Translations under genes and position numbers: made by a program
Shown: piece after piece, positions 20,156-31,287 of the stretch
Layout: each line of letters starts with the position of its first letter
Numbering within the stretch: the first letter of the stretch is position 1
The notes under the pieces: model-generated
What the model was told of the DNA's origin: nothing
Database searches by the model: none
Seen by the model: only the letters and a program-made list of their open reading frames with translations
Source: an uncultured Actinomycetes bacterium
GTDB lineage: Bacteria; Actinomycetota; Thermoleophilia; UBA2241
Direction: 5' to 3'
Length of the DNA stretch: 64,000 nucleotides
NCBI GenBank assembly: GCA_963755025.1
Contig: CAVWIH010000034.1
Span: forward strand, 96,001 to 160,000

Positions 20156-21514
20156 GTGAGAACCATCGAAGAAGGGGCCAGGACGACCCCCGTCCTGGGC
20201 GAGACCGACGTGCTGGTCGTGGGCGGCGGGCCCGGCGGCCTGGCGGCCGCCGTGAGCGCCGCGCGCGAGGGCGCGCACACGATGCTCCTCGACCGCTACG
20301 GCTGCTTTGGCGGCGTCATCACCCAGGTCGGCATCGAGAGCGTCGCCTGGTACCGGCACGAGGGCACGACCGATCTCGAGGGCATCGGCATCGAGTTCGA
20401 GCAGCGCGCCAAGGCCTTCGGCGGCACACAGGCCGAGTGCCAGTCGTGCAGCGAGGCCCTCGATCCCGAGCTCTTCAAGTGCGTCGCCGACGAGCTGGTG
20501 CGCGAGGCCGGCGTGCGGCCGCTGCTGCACTGCCTCGCGGTCGCCCCCATCGTCGCCGACGGCGCCATCGGCGGGGTCGTGGTCGAGAGCAAGTCGGGGC
20601 GGCAGGCGGTGCTCGCGAGGCGCGTGATCGACGCCACCGGCGACGCCGACATCGCGTACCGCGCCGGGGCGCCGTGCCGCACGACGCCGGTGGCCGAGAT
20701 GATGGGCGTGAGCGTCGTCTTCTCGTGCTCCGGCGTCGACCGCGCGCGCTTCTTCGACTACGTCGCCGAGTGCGCGCCCACCTACAAGGACTGGACCGCG
20801 GGCTGGCGTATGGAGACGAGCGGCAAAGAAGACGATCTCTTCAGCCCCTTCCTGCAGGAGCCGTTCGACCTGGCGCGCGCCGCCGGCATCATCCCCGAGA
20901 GCATCACGAGCATCGGCGGCACCTGGAGCCGCATCTCCGACTCCGGCGAGGCCACCGGCCTCAACCTGGTGTATCTGTCGGGCTACGACTGCACCGACGT
21001 GGCCGACCTCACCCGCGCCGAGATCGAGGGCCGCCGCCAGGTGCTGCTCGCCATCGAAGCCCTGCGGCGCTTCGCCCCGGGCTTCGCCAACGCACGCCTG
21101 CGCAACTTCGGCATGACCCTCGGCACGCGCGACTCACGCAAGATCCGCGGCCGCTACGAGCTCACCGGGCACGATGTGCGCGGCGAGGCGCGGTTCCCCG
21201 ACTCGGTCGGCATCTTCCCCGAGTTCATCGACGGCTACGGCGCCCTCGTGCTGCCCACCACGGGGCGCTACTTTCAGGTGCCCTACGGCGTGCTCGTGCC
21301 GCAGGGGGTCGAGAACCTGCTGGTCGCCGGACGCTGCGTGGCGGGCGACCGTGTCGCGCACGCGGCCACGCGCAGCCAGATGTGCTGCGCCGTGACCGGG
21401 CAGGCTGCCGGCGCCGCCGCCGCGCTCTCGCTGCGCGACGGCACGACCACCGCCGGCGTCGACGTGGCCGGCCTGCAGTCCACGCTCGCGCGCCAAGGGG
21501 TCCGGCTCTTCTAG
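20156..21514 (+). CDS. FAD-dependent oxidoreductase (FAD_oxidored family)
   Basis: DVLVVGGGPGG, IDATGDAD, RDSRKIRG, ENLLVAGRC, TGQAAG. Confidence 0.88.
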   Translation: MRTIEEGARTTPVLGETDVLVVGGGPGGLAAAVSAAREGAHTMLLDRYGCFGGVITQVGIESVAWYRHEGTTDLEGIGIEFEQRAKAFGGTQAECQSCSEALDPELFKCVADELVREAGVRPLLHCLAVAPIVADGAIGGVVVESKSGRQAVLARRVIDATGDADIAYRAGAPCRTTPVAEMMGVSVVFSCSGVDRARFFDYVAECAPTYKDWTAGWRMETSGKEDDLFSPFLQEPFDLARAAGIIPESITSIGGTWSRISDSGEATGLNLVYLSGYDCTDVADLTRAEIEGRRQVLLAIEALRRFAPGFANARLRNFGMTLGTRDSRKIRGRYELTGHDVRGEARFPDSVGIFPEFIDGYGALVLPTTGRYFQVPYGVLVPQGVENLLVAGRCVAGDRVAHAATRSQMCCAVTGQAAGAAAALSLRDGTTTAGVDVAGLQSTLARQGVRLF

Positions 21515-21635
21515 GGGACGGTATCGACGCGCGACGGCGGCGCACATGTAACAGATTGCGCGCTTGTAATTAGCAGTTCATGCTGACGGATGGGCCACTT
21601 TTAGAATTAATCGACGACGTCACGGGGTCTGCGGA

Positions 21636-21655
21636 CTAATTAACCGGTCAATCTC
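21636..21655. promoter_or_regulatory. palindromic operator, copy 2 (upstream of ABC importer)
   Basis: CTAATTAACCGGTCAATCTC in an AT-rich intergenic region. Confidence 0.7.
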
Positions 21656-21777
21656 TCTTGCCATACCGTGAAACAGCTTGTATGGTGCGACAAATGTGGT
21701 TAGGGCCGGAGGAGTCGTGCCGGCGCCGCGCCAGTCCGGTCCGCGTCGCGGGTCTGAGCTCAGGGGGAGTATCGAAC

Positions 21778-23465
21778 ATGGACGACCAAGAGTACCGTAG
21801 GGAATATGGCCAGCACCTTGTAGAGCAGGTCATCAACGGCCAGATGACCAGGCGCCAGCTGCTCGTGCGCGCGTCGGTCTTTGGCCTGTCGGCGACCGTC
21901 ATCGGCTCGCTGCTCGCCGCGTGCGGCAGCTCCGGCGGCTCGGCCGCGACGTCGCCTTCGGCGGCCGCCAGCGGCAGCGCCCTTCCGCCCGTCGTCACCG
22001 GCGGCACGTTGAAGGCAGTCATCCCGCCGCCGCTCAAGACCCTCGATCCGGTCACGATCTACGACCAGGGCGGCATCGTCCTCGTCTATCAGGTCGCCGA
22101 GTACCTGATCGACCTTTCCAACACCAACGCTCTCAAGCCCAAGCTCGCCCTCAGCTGGACTCCCAACCAGAAGGGCGACGTCTGGACCTTTGCGCTGCGC
22201 CAGGGCGTCACGTTCAACGACGGCACGCCCTTCGAGGCCGCCGACGTGGTCGCCAGCATCGAGCGCGTGATCAACCCCAAGAGCGGTTCGGGCGCCCTCG
22301 CCGCCCTCGCCGGCATCCTCGCGCCGGGCGGCACCAAGGCCACCGACACGCATACCGTGGTCTTCAACCTCGAAAAGCCGTTCGCCGACTTCCCGTACCT
22401 GGTGAGCTCGTCGTCGTACAACACGGCCATCCTGCCGCGCAACTACGCCGGCAACTTCCAGAAGAAGCCGATCGGCACCGGCCCCTGGATGCTGAAGAGC
22501 TTCGTCACCAACCAGAGCGCCTCGTTCGTCAAGAATCCCACCTACTGGGGCAAAGACGCTCAGGGCCGCCAGCTGCCGTACCTCGACGCGCTCGACTTCG
22601 CGCTCGTCACCGACACCTCGGCCGCCAACCTGCAGCTCCAGTCGGGCACCGTCGACGTCAGCCCCAGACGGTGTTCCAGGGCGGCGCGTCCGTGCTCAGC
22701 GACTCCGCCCTGCGCGTCGACGTCTACCCGTCGAGCGGTATCCGCGAGGTCGCCTTCAACGTCAACAAGACTCCGTGGCAAGACAAGCGGGTCCGTCAGG
22801 CCGTGGCCTACAGCCTCGACCGTAAGGCCATCAACCAGGCCCTCTACGGCGGTCGCAGCAACCTCGGCTACGACACCTTCTGGGATCCCACGGTGTTCCC
22901 CGGCAGCCCGCCCGCGCCCGTGCGCGCTCAGGACTACACCAAGGCCAAGTCGCTGCTCTCCGCCGCCGGTCATCCGAACGGCATCGACGTCACGCTGACC
23001 GTGGCCAACTACCTCGAGAACCCGGCCTACGCGCAGCTCATCCAGGCGCAGTGCAAGCCGGCCGGCATCAACGTCAAGATCAACGAGATCAGCTACAACG
23101 CGATCTACGCCGGCACCAACGCCACCACGCCGTGGCTGAACGCGCCGATGGTCATCGTCGAGTGGGGCAGCCGGCCTACGCCGGGCGTCTACGCTCAGGC
23201 CATGCTGCTCCCGACCAGCGCCTGGAGCTCCTCGCACTGGAACAACCCCGCCTTCGTCAAGGCCTTCAACCAGTACGAGTCGACCACCGACGAAGCCAGC
23301 CGCACCACGCTGGCCACGCAGCTGTCCTCGATCCAGCAGGACGAGACGCCGATCCTCGTGGCCTTCTACATCTCGCAGCTGCGCACACAAAAGAAGAACG
23401 TCTACAACATCCAGGGTCCGGGCTCGTTCTACTTCGACTGCAGCCAGGCCTACATCACCAAGTGA
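21778..23465 (+). CDS. ABC importer solute-binding lipoprotein, family 5 (Dpp/Opp type), Tat signal; frameshift near 22660
   Basis: MTRRQLL...LAACG, LRQGVTFNDGTPF, IGTGPW, DKRVRQAVAYSLDR. Confidence 0.87.
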
Positions 23466-23500
23466 CGACCGTAGCAAGAAACTGACGTAGGGGGACCGGG

Positions 23501-24448
23501 ATGGGGCGCCTCATCGGGCGGCGACTGCTGCTCATGGTACCGACGCTTATTCTGGTGTCGATCCTCGTGTTCGCCCTGGCAGAGGTCCTGCCGGGCAACG
23601 TGGGGCGCTTCATCCTCGGTCCCTACGCCACTCAGTCTGCGGTCGACCAGCTCAACCACAGCCTGGGCATGGACAAGCCCATCTACACGCGCTACATCGA
23701 GTGGGCCGGCCACTTCGTCACCGGTCACTGGGGCACTTCGTACCAGTACAATCTGCCGGTCACCTCGATCGTGTGGCACGCGCTGGGCAACTCGTTGCTG
23801 CTCGCCGGATTCGCGCTCGTGATCATCGTGCCTACGTCGATCGCGGTGGGTGTGTTTGCCGGTTTGCGGCGCGACAGCTTCCTCGACCGGGCGATCACCG
23901 TCTCGTCGCTGTCCATGACCGTCATTCCCGAGTTCGTGAGCGGCGTCATTCTCATCGTGGTGTTCGCCGTCACCCTGCACTGGCTGCCGGTCACGGCCGT
24001 GCCGCCGCAGGGGTCGCCCTTCATCGACCGCTTCTACTACCTCATCCTGCCGGCCATCCCGCTCATGCTGATCGAGCTCGGCTATATCGCGCGCATGGCT
24101 CGCGTGGGCACCGTGCAGGTGCTCAACATGCCCTACATCCGCACCGCCGTGCTCAAGGGCCTGCCCAAGCGTCGCGTCGTCTTCGGCCACGTCCTGCGCA
24201 ACGCCCTGGTGCCGACCGTCACCGTGATCGGCAGTCAGGTCGGCTGGCTGATCGGCGGTCTCGTCGTGATCGAGTTTCTGTTCAACTACCCGGGCATCGG
24301 CAACTACATGGTCAATGCGGCCCTCAACCACGACCTGCCGCTGCTCGAAGCCAGCGTCCTGGTCATCGCGCTGATCTACCTGTTCTCCAACCTCATCGCC
24401 GACATCGTGGTGGCGCTGCTCAACCCGCGCATCCGCATGGGGGGCTGA
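23501..24448 (+). CDS. ABC importer permease (DppB-like)
   Basis: YIRTAVLKGL..HVLRNAL, FNYPGIG, LLNPRIR. Confidence 0.92.
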   Translation: MGRLIGRRLLLMVPTLILVSILVFALAEVLPGNVGRFILGPYATQSAVDQLNHSLGMDKPIYTRYIEWAGHFVTGHWGTSYQYNLPVTSIVWHALGNSLLLAGFALVIIVPTSIAVGVFAGLRRDSFLDRAITVSSLSMTVIPEFVSGVILIVVFAVTLHWLPVTAVPPQGSPFIDRFYYLILPAIPLMLIELGYIARMARVGTVQVLNMPYIRTAVLKGLPKRRVVFGHVLRNALVPTVTVIGSQVGWLIGGLVVIEFLFNYPGIGNYMVNAALNHDLPLLEASVLVIALIYLFSNLIADIVVALLNPRIRMGG

Positions 24449-24449
24449 G

Positions 24450-25343
24450 GTGGCGGCCACCAGCCCCGACCGCCAGTTAGACGAGCTGCAGGCCGACGCC
24501 GCCGCGTCGGCCGAATCGCGCCGTCAACGCCGTTACCTCGTCAAGGCGCTGCTGCGTAGTCCCACGTTCGTCACGGGCTGCCTGATCGTGCTCTTCTGGA
24601 TCGTCATGGGCGTTTTTTCGACCATGTTCACCCAGGCTCCCGCGCTGCCGCACCCGTTCGCCATTCTGCAGTCGCCCAGCGGCTCGCACTGGTTCGGCAC
24701 CGACGACCTCGGGCGCGACGTCTTCGCCCGTACCATGGCCGGCGCCCGCACGGTGCTCATCATCGCGCCGCCCGCCACTATCCTCGCCTTGCTGTGGGGC
24801 GGCACCGTCGGCCTCATCGCCGGCTTCCACCGCGGCCTGCTCGACGACGTCATGATGCGCATCGTCGACGCCTTCCTGGCGCTGCCGATCGTGATCACCT
24901 CGATCCTCGTCATCACGCTGCTCGGCAGGTCGTACGCCGTGCTCATCCTCGTCATCGGGGCGCTGTTCACGCCGGTGGTCTCGCGTACCATCCGCTCGGC
25001 GGTCATCGGCGAGCGCGAGCGCGAATACGTCATGGCGGCGCGTCTGCGCGGCGAGCGCTCGGCGTTCATCATGGCGCGCGAGATCCTGCCCAACATCACG
25101 CAGCCGATCATCGTCGAGGGCACCGTGCGCCTGGGCTACGCCGTGTTCACCGTCGCCACGCTGTCGTTCCTCGGCTTCGGGCTCGAACCGCCCTCGCCCG
25201 ACTGGGGCCTCACCGTCGCCGTCGAGCGGGCCAACCTGCAGGCGGCGCCGTGGACGGTGTTGTTTCCGGCGATCGCCCTGGCCACGCTGGTCGTGGGCGT
25301 GAACCTCGTGGCCGACGGCCTGAGCTCGGTGTTCTCCAAATGA
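24450..25343 (+). CDS. ABC importer permease (DppC-like)
   Basis: HWFGTDDLGRD, EYVMAARLRG, LSFLGFG..PDWG. Confidence 0.92.
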   Translation: MAATSPDRQLDELQADAAASAESRRQRRYLVKALLRSPTFVTGCLIVLFWIVMGVFSTMFTQAPALPHPFAILQSPSGSHWFGTDDLGRDVFARTMAGARTVLIIAPPATILALLWGGTVGLIAGFHRGLLDDVMMRIVDAFLALPIVITSILVITLLGRSYAVLILVIGALFTPVVSRTIRSAVIGEREREYVMAARLRGERSAFIMAREILPNITQPIIVEGTVRLGYAVFTVATLSFLGFGLEPPSPDWGLTVAVERANLQAAPWTVLFPAIALATLVVGVNLVADGLSSVFSK

Positions 25344-27538
25344 GCGTCATCGAGCGCAACGATAGCCCCCAGGGCCCGACGCCGTCGGCGCTCGACGTTC
25401 AGGACCTCGAAGTCACGTTCCATCGCCGTGGCCGCGACCTGCCGGTGTTGCGCGGCGTCACGCTGCACATCAAGCCGGGCGAGGCCTACGGCCTGGTCGG
25501 CGAGTCGGGCTGCGGCAAGACCACGTTGGCCATGGCGGCCCTGCGCTACCTGGCGGCCAACGGCACGGTCGACGCCGGCAAGGTGTCGGTCGAGGGCCGC
25601 GACGTAAGCACGCTCTCAGACGAAGCGCTGCGCCAGTGGCGCGGCGAGGCCGTCTCCATGGTCTATCAAGATCCGGCCACGGCGCTCAGCCCCGCCATGC
25701 GCGTCGGCGACCAGGTCGCCGAGGTCTTCCGCTACCACGAGGGCCTGCCCAAGGAAGAAGCGCTCTAGTACGTGCCAGGGAGAGCTTGCGCAAGGTCGCG
25801 TTGCCCGACCCCGACGCCACCATGCGCCGCTATCCGTTCGAGCTCTCGGGCGGCCAGCAGCAGCGCGTGGTGATCGCCATGGCGCTGGCCGTGAACCCGC
25901 ATCTGCTGGTGCTCGACGAGCCCACCACGGGGCTCGACGCCACGGTCGAGGCCGAGATCCTCGATCTCATCGAAGAGCTGCGCGGCCGCATTCACGCCGC
26001 CATCCTGCTGATCACCCACAACCTGGGCCTGGTGGCGCGCCTCTGCGAGCGCGTCGGCGTGCTCTACGCCGGGCGCCTTGTCGAAGAAGGCCCGGCGCGC
26101 GAGATCTTCACCGACCCACGCCACCCCTACACCATGGGGCTGCTGCGCTGCGTGCCCAAGTTCGGCATGAACAAGACCGACGCCGCGCTGCAGACCATTC
26201 CCGGTACGCTGCCGGCGCTGGGCGAGCCGCTCGACGGCTGCGTGTACTCCGCCCGCTGCCCGGTGGCCAAGCCGGTCTGCACCAGGCGTGAGCCCGACCT
26301 TTACGCCTGGCCGAGCGACGCCCCGGCGCAGGGGCGCGCGTGGGCCGAATCGCAGCCGCCCGACCCCGCGATGTTCTCGCCGCATCACGCCAACCCGGTG
26401 GGCGAAGCCGCCCGTCACTCGCGCTGTTACTTCGCCGCCGAGGTGGCCGACATGCCGCACGGCACGCCCGTGCTGGCCACGAGCCTCGAAGCCCGGGTCG
26501 GCGACGTGGGCGACGTGCTCGACATCGCGTCGATGCGCCGCACCTTCAGAGACGGCAGCAAGAAGCTGACGGCCGTGAGCGACGTCTCGCTGAGCCTGCG
26601 CCGCGGCGAGACCTTCGGTCTCGTCGGCGAGTCGGGCAGCGGCAAGACGACACTCGCCAAGTGCATCACCGGTCTCATCGCCGCCGACTCGGGCACGGTC
26701 GTCTTCGAGGGCAAGCAACTGCGCGCCACCGCGGGGCGCCGCTCGCAAGAGGCGCTGCGCGCCATCCAGATGGTCTTCCAGAACCCCGACTCCACGCTCA
26801 ACCCAGCCTGGAGCACGCGCGCCATCCTCACGCGCGCGGTGCGCAAGCTGGGCGGCGGCGGCGGGGTGCGCGCCAAGGTCGACAAGCTTTCGGCCGACGT
26901 GCGGGTCGAGCCGCGCTTTCTGGCGCAAAAGCCGACCGACCTTTCGGGCGGCCAGAAGCAGCGCATCGCCATCGCCCGCGCCTTCGCCGGCGACCCCACC
27001 CTCGTGGTGTGCGACGAGCCCGCCTCGGCGCTCGACGTGTCGGTGCAGGCGAGCATCCTCAACCTGCTGGTCGAGCTGCAGACCAAAGAGCAGGTCTCGT
27101 ATGTCTTCATCTCGCACGACCTGGCGGTGGTGCGCTACATCTCCGACCGCATCGGCGTCATGTACCTGGCCCAGCTCATCGAGGTGGGCTCCGCCGACGA
27201 GGTCTTCAACGCCGCCGCACCACCCCTACACAGAGGCGCTGCTCTCGTCCATTCCCAAGCTCGAGTTCGGCACCGAACGACAGCGCATCGCGCTGCGCGG
27301 CTCCATGCCCAGCCTGAGCGAGCCGCCCAGCGGCTGCCGTTTTCACACTCGCTGCCACCGGTTCCTCGGCGACATCTGCGTGCAGCACGACCCGCCCCTG
27401 CAAGAGCCGGCCAGCGGCCACACCTATAAGTGCCACATTCCGCCCGACGAGCTCCTGGCCGCCCAGCTTGCGACCGCGGGCGAATCGGCGGGCGCTGCGG
27501 GCGAACCGGCCCAGCGCAGCGAGTCCAGCGACTCGTAG
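25340..27538 (+). CDS. ABC importer double-ATPase (DppD/F fusion); frameshifts near 25765 and 27215
   Basis: Two GESG(C/S)GKTT motifs, two LSGGQ, HPYT and GCRFHTRC, spread across three frames. Confidence 0.85.
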
Positions 27539-27651
27539 CGCGCAGCCGTCCGGTCACGGGCGATCGACTTCGGCTGGTCTGTGGGCACACCTCGAACCCC
27601 GCCCACTCTGAGCGCAACGGCACCGGCGCAGGTGGGGCGACGTTGAGCCGG

Positions 27652-28686
27652 CTACTCCTTCTCGACCTCGCCCTGCGGGTCGATGAGCGCGGCCAGTCCC
27701 TCGATCACCGCGACGCCGTCGTCGACGACGACAGCGTCGGCGTTGCGCGCGATGGGGGCGCGATCATCTGAGTTGATCGCGGCGATGAAGGCGGCGCGCT
27801 CTATGCCCCAGTGCAGGGCCGGCGCGCCCGACGCCCCGACCACAAGGCAGACCGCCGGCGCCGTGCGCGTGCCCGAGGCACCGACGAGCCGGTCCGCCGG
27901 CGCCCAGGCGTTCATCACCACAGGGCGGCTGACGCCGAAGTCGGCTCCCATGCGCTGGGCGGCGCGCGCGATGCGGGCGACGCCGTCGGGACCGCCGGCC
28001 CCGTACCCCGCGACCACCACGAACCGGCTGTCGGCGAGACCGCCGGCCGGCGGCCCCGCCACCAGCTCGACGTCGGTCATCGGGGCGGGCCCGGCGTCGC
28101 CGGGGCCGGCAGCGTCGGACACGACGTGGTGAGCCGGCGTGGGGAGCGGGCGAGCGTCGTTCCACGAGGCGTCGAGCGCCACGCACCACGGCCGGCGCGA
28201 GAGCTCGAAGCGCCCTGCCATGTGGTTGGAGTAGACGTTGGCGCGCGCCCAGAGGCGCGCGCCGCCGAGCACGCCGGTGAGCTCCGCGTCGAGCACGCCG
28301 GTGAGCACGGCGCCGTCGCTGCCGCAGGCGAGGCGCGTGAGCACCTCGGCGCCCCAGGGCCCCGCCGGCGCCAGGAACAGCTCGGTCTCGCCGCCCCGGG
28401 CCGCCGCCAGAAGGCTCGCAGCCGCGAGGTCGGGGCGGCGCGGCGGCACGCGCACGAGCCGCACGTCGCGGGTGGGCGCCAGGGCGACCAGCTCCTGCGC
28501 CTCGCAGTCGTCGGTCACGAAGATGACGGTCTCGCCGACGAGGCCCTCGCCTGCGCTGCCCTCGGCCGTGACGTGCGCGCCCGTGGGGCCGCCGGCCGTC
28601 AGGCCGCCGGCCAGGAAGGCGGCCAGCGCGCGCGCCTGACGCGACGCGCTGGCGGTCGTGCCGTCGATGAGGGCGGCGAACCTCAC
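27652..28686 (-). CDS. electron transfer flavoprotein alpha (FixB/YgcQ-like)
   Basis: GVSRPVVMNAW, VGASG, GASGA, AINSDDRAPI..AD. Confidence 0.8.
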   Translation of the reverse strand: MRFAALIDGTTASASRQARALAAFLAGGLTAGGPTGAHVTAEGSAGEGLVGETVIFVTDDCEAQELVALAPTRDVRLVRVPPRRPDLAAASLLAAARGGETELFLAPAGPWGAEVLTRLACGSDGAVLTGVLDAELTGVLGGARLWARANVYSNHMAGRFELSRRPWCVALDASWNDARPLPTPAHHVVSDAAGPGDAGPAPMTDVELVAGPPAGGLADSRFVVVAGYGAGGPDGVARIARAAQRMGADFGVSRPVVMNAWAPADRLVGASGTRTAPAVCLVVGASGAPALHWGIERAAFIAAINSDDRAPIARNADAVVVDDGVAVIEGLAALIDPQGEVEKE

Positions 28687-29771
28687 AGCGCCTCGAGGAG
28701 CACGCGCAGGTGGCTGTCGTACAGGGCTCGCGCCTTGTCGCGCGGTCCGGCGCCGTCGACGACGGCGCCGGACCGCGCGCGGTCGATCACCTCGAGGTTG
28801 CGCAGGGCGGTGGGCTCGCGGTGCAGTCCCGCGGCCACGTCGACCCCCAGCTCGGCCGGCGCGACGATCTCGGCGGGGCTGTCGCGGCGCGCGAGGCGGT
28901 CGCGCAGGGTCGGCACGCGCAGGCGCGACACGATCGCGTTGCCGACGGCCAGCACCACGGGGCCGCGCACCGTGAGGCGCAGCAGTCCCTCGTCGGTCGT
29001 GCAGGCCACGCGCAGGCCGCCGCCGGCCAGCGGTTCGAGCTCGGTGACCTGGCTGAGGCAGGGCCGGCCGAGCGCCGCGGCCACGCGGAACGGTACCGTG
29101 CCGCCGTCGCCCGGCCCGCTACGGCAGCCCAGCAGCAGAACGTCGCAGGGCTCGCGCCGCGCCACATAGCTCGCGATCAGCGACGCCACGACGGCGGGGG
29201 CAAAATCGAGGTCGGGCTCGACGTCGAGTCTGGCGGCGCGCTCGTAGCCCAGCGCGAGCAAGGTGGTGAGGTGCGGCTCGACCTCGCGCCCGCCGACCGA
29301 CAGCGCGGCAAGGCTCGCGCTGCCGCCGCGTTGCGCGACGGTATCGCGCAGGCGCAGCGCCAGCTCGAGGGCGCTTTCATCGAAGCAGTTGAGTACGCGG
29401 CGCACGTAGCGCGTCGGCACGCGCGGCGCGGCCTCGTCGGCGGCCGAGACCCCGCCGCCCGGCCTCGCGGCCTCGTCGGCGGCCGAGACCCCGCCGTTCA
29501 GCCTCGCGGCGGCGTCGGCCGGCGCCCCGCCGCCTGGCCCTCCGGCCGCGCCGGCGGCCCAGTCGGCGGGGCGCAGCGCCTCGAAGTCGGGGGTCACCTC
29601 GAACGACACGAGCACCCGCAGGGCGCCCGGCGAGCCGGGAGCGCGCGCGTCGCCGGCGCCGTTCGCCGAGCCGGGAGCGCGCGTGTCGCCGGCGCCGCTC
29701 ACCGCAGCGGGAACGTCACCGGGCGTGGAGCGGCCCTCACCACCGCGGGAGCGCCGTCGTGTCGGGCGCAC
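28683..29771 (-). CDS. electron transfer flavoprotein beta (FixA/YgcR-like), with low-complexity insertions
   Basis: LNCFDESALELALRL, LLGCRSGPGDGG, LRVPTLRD. Start uncertain. Confidence 0.75.
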   Translation of the reverse strand: MRPTRRRSRGGEGRSTPGDVPAAVSGAGDTRAPGSANGAGDARAPGSPGALRVLVSFEVTPDFEALRPADWAAGAAGGPGGGAPADAAARLNGGVSAADEAARPGGGVSAADEAAPRVPTRYVRRVLNCFDESALELALRLRDTVAQRGGSASLAALSVGGREVEPHLTTLLALGYERAARLDVEPDLDFAPAVVASLIASYVARREPCDVLLLGCRSGPGDGGTVPFRVAAALGRPCLSQVTELEPLAGGGLRVACTTDEGLLRLTVRGPVVLAVGNAIVSRLRVPTLRDRLARRDSPAEIVAPAELGVDVAAGLHREPTALRNLEVIDRARSGAVVDGAGPRDKARALYDSHLRVLLEAL

Positions 29772-29774
29772 CGC

Positions 29775-31217
29775 TCACCGCGGAAAGATCGTCCCCACGT
29801 TCATGATGCCCTTGGGGTCGAACGCCGTCTTGAGCGTCTCGAGGATGTAGTAAGAGGAGCCGTATTCGTCTTTGACCCAGGGCGCCCGCGCCTTGCCCAT
29901 GCCGTGGTGGTGCACGATGGAGCCGCCGCGCTTGAGGGTCTCTTCGCAGATGATGCTGATGATCGGCAGGTAGTAGGCGGCGGTCTCCTCTTCGGGGCCC
30001 ACGCCGACCACGTTGAAAAAGTAGTTGAAGTACATGTTGGTGCCGTTGATGTAGCTGTGCGAGGAGTGCCCGCCCATCATGGTGATGTCGGGGATCTCGG
30101 CGATGATGCGCGCCCGCGCCGCCTGGTAGATGTCGTTGATCGAGCCCCAGTCGGCGGAGATCTCAGTGGTGCGGTTCACGTTGCGCGTCTGGCGGATGCG
30201 CTCGTCTTCGGCGGTGATCTTGCTCGCGTCCCAGCAGAGGTCGTTGAACCAGGTCTCGATGTAGGCGCTGTCGACCGGCGTGCACTCGGGGTGGCGCGCG
30301 ACGATCGCGGCGATGCCCTCGGCCGTCGCCTTGGCGATGCCGGCGGGGCCTTCGGCCATGAAGAGCAGCACGCAGTCGTCGGGAGCGGCGAAGTGGGCGA
30401 AGTGGATGCCGGCGTCGCCCGGGTCGTAGACCCGCGCCACCGACGGCTTGTAGCCGTTGACCATGACGTCGCGCAGCGCCTCGAAGCCGACCTTCATGTC
30501 TTTGAGCGTCCAGCCGAGGAAGGCGTTGTTCTCGGGGAAGTACGGGAAGAGCTTCACCGTGACCTCGGTGATGAAGCACAGGGCGCCCTCGTTGCCGATG
30601 ACGACGTGGCGGATGTCGGGCCCCGCGGCGCGGCGCGGCACGTTCTTGATGCGCGTCACCTGACCGTTGGGGAACACCGCTTCGAGGCCGACGACCATGT
30701 CTTCGATGCCGCCGTAGAGCGTGGAGAACTGGCCGATGCTGCGCGTCGCCACGAGCCCGCCCAGGTGGGCCACGGGCTTTGACTGCGGCGAGTGGCCCGT
30801 GGTGAGCCCGAGCTCGCGCACGCGGTCTTCGAGGGCCTGCAGCGGGACGCCGCACTGGCAGGTGGCCTGCATGTTGTAGGCGTCGATGCTGACGATCTCG
30901 TTCATGGCCGAGCCGTCGATGATGATCGAGTCGGGCACGGCGCTCTCGAGGCCGCCCTCCGTGGCCGTGCCGCCGGTGCGTGGGATGACGTTGACGCCGT
31001 GCTCGGCGGCGAAGCGCAGGATGGCGGCGACCTGCTCGGCGCTGCGCACCATGGCGATCGCCGCCGGCACCGGCATCGTGTGCGCGTCGAAGATGTTCTG
31101 CAGCTTGCGGAAGTTGTCGACGCTGCTCTGCACGAGGATCTTCTCGTCGGTCACGACGTCGGCGGGCGCGACGATGCGCCGCAGGCCCTCGACGATGCCC
31201 TCTCTGCTCAGGTCCAT
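29775..31217 (-). CDS. ygcU: FAD-binding oxidase (YgcU / alkyl-DHAP synthase-like)
   Basis: PRTGGTATEGGLE, GHSPQSKP, TRSIGQFSTLYGGIEDMV, HHHGMGK, FDPKGIMN. Confidence 0.85.
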   Translation of the reverse strand: MDLSREGIVEGLRRIVAPADVVTDEKILVQSSVDNFRKLQNIFDAHTMPVPAAIAMVRSAEQVAAILRFAAEHGVNVIPRTGGTATEGGLESAVPDSIIIDGSAMNEIVSIDAYNMQATCQCGVPLQALEDRVRELGLTTGHSPQSKPVAHLGGLVATRSIGQFSTLYGGIEDMVVGLEAVFPNGQVTRIKNVPRRAAGPDIRHVVIGNEGALCFITEVTVKLFPYFPENNAFLGWTLKDMKVGFEALRDVMVNGYKPSVARVYDPGDAGIHFAHFAAPDDCVLLFMAEGPAGIAKATAEGIAAIVARHPECTPVDSAYIETWFNDLCWDASKITAEDERIRQTRNVNRTTEISADWGSINDIYQAARARIIAEIPDITMMGGHSSHSYINGTNMYFNYFFNVVGVGPEEETAAYYLPIISIICEETLKRGGSIVHHHGMGKARAPWVKDEYGSSYYILETLKTAFDPKGIMNVGTIFPR

Positions 31218-31287
31218 GGTGGCGATCCTTTGTCTACTGTCGTTTGCGTGTCGGACTGTACGGCCGGGCCGGGCGCTGACGCCTTCG

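Noticed and set aside
25766-25768. TAG inside the ABC ATPase gene as a third pyrrolysine codon
   Set aside because: Homology continues in a different frame (CTA GTA CGT GCC AGG...), so it is an indel, not in-frame readthrough.
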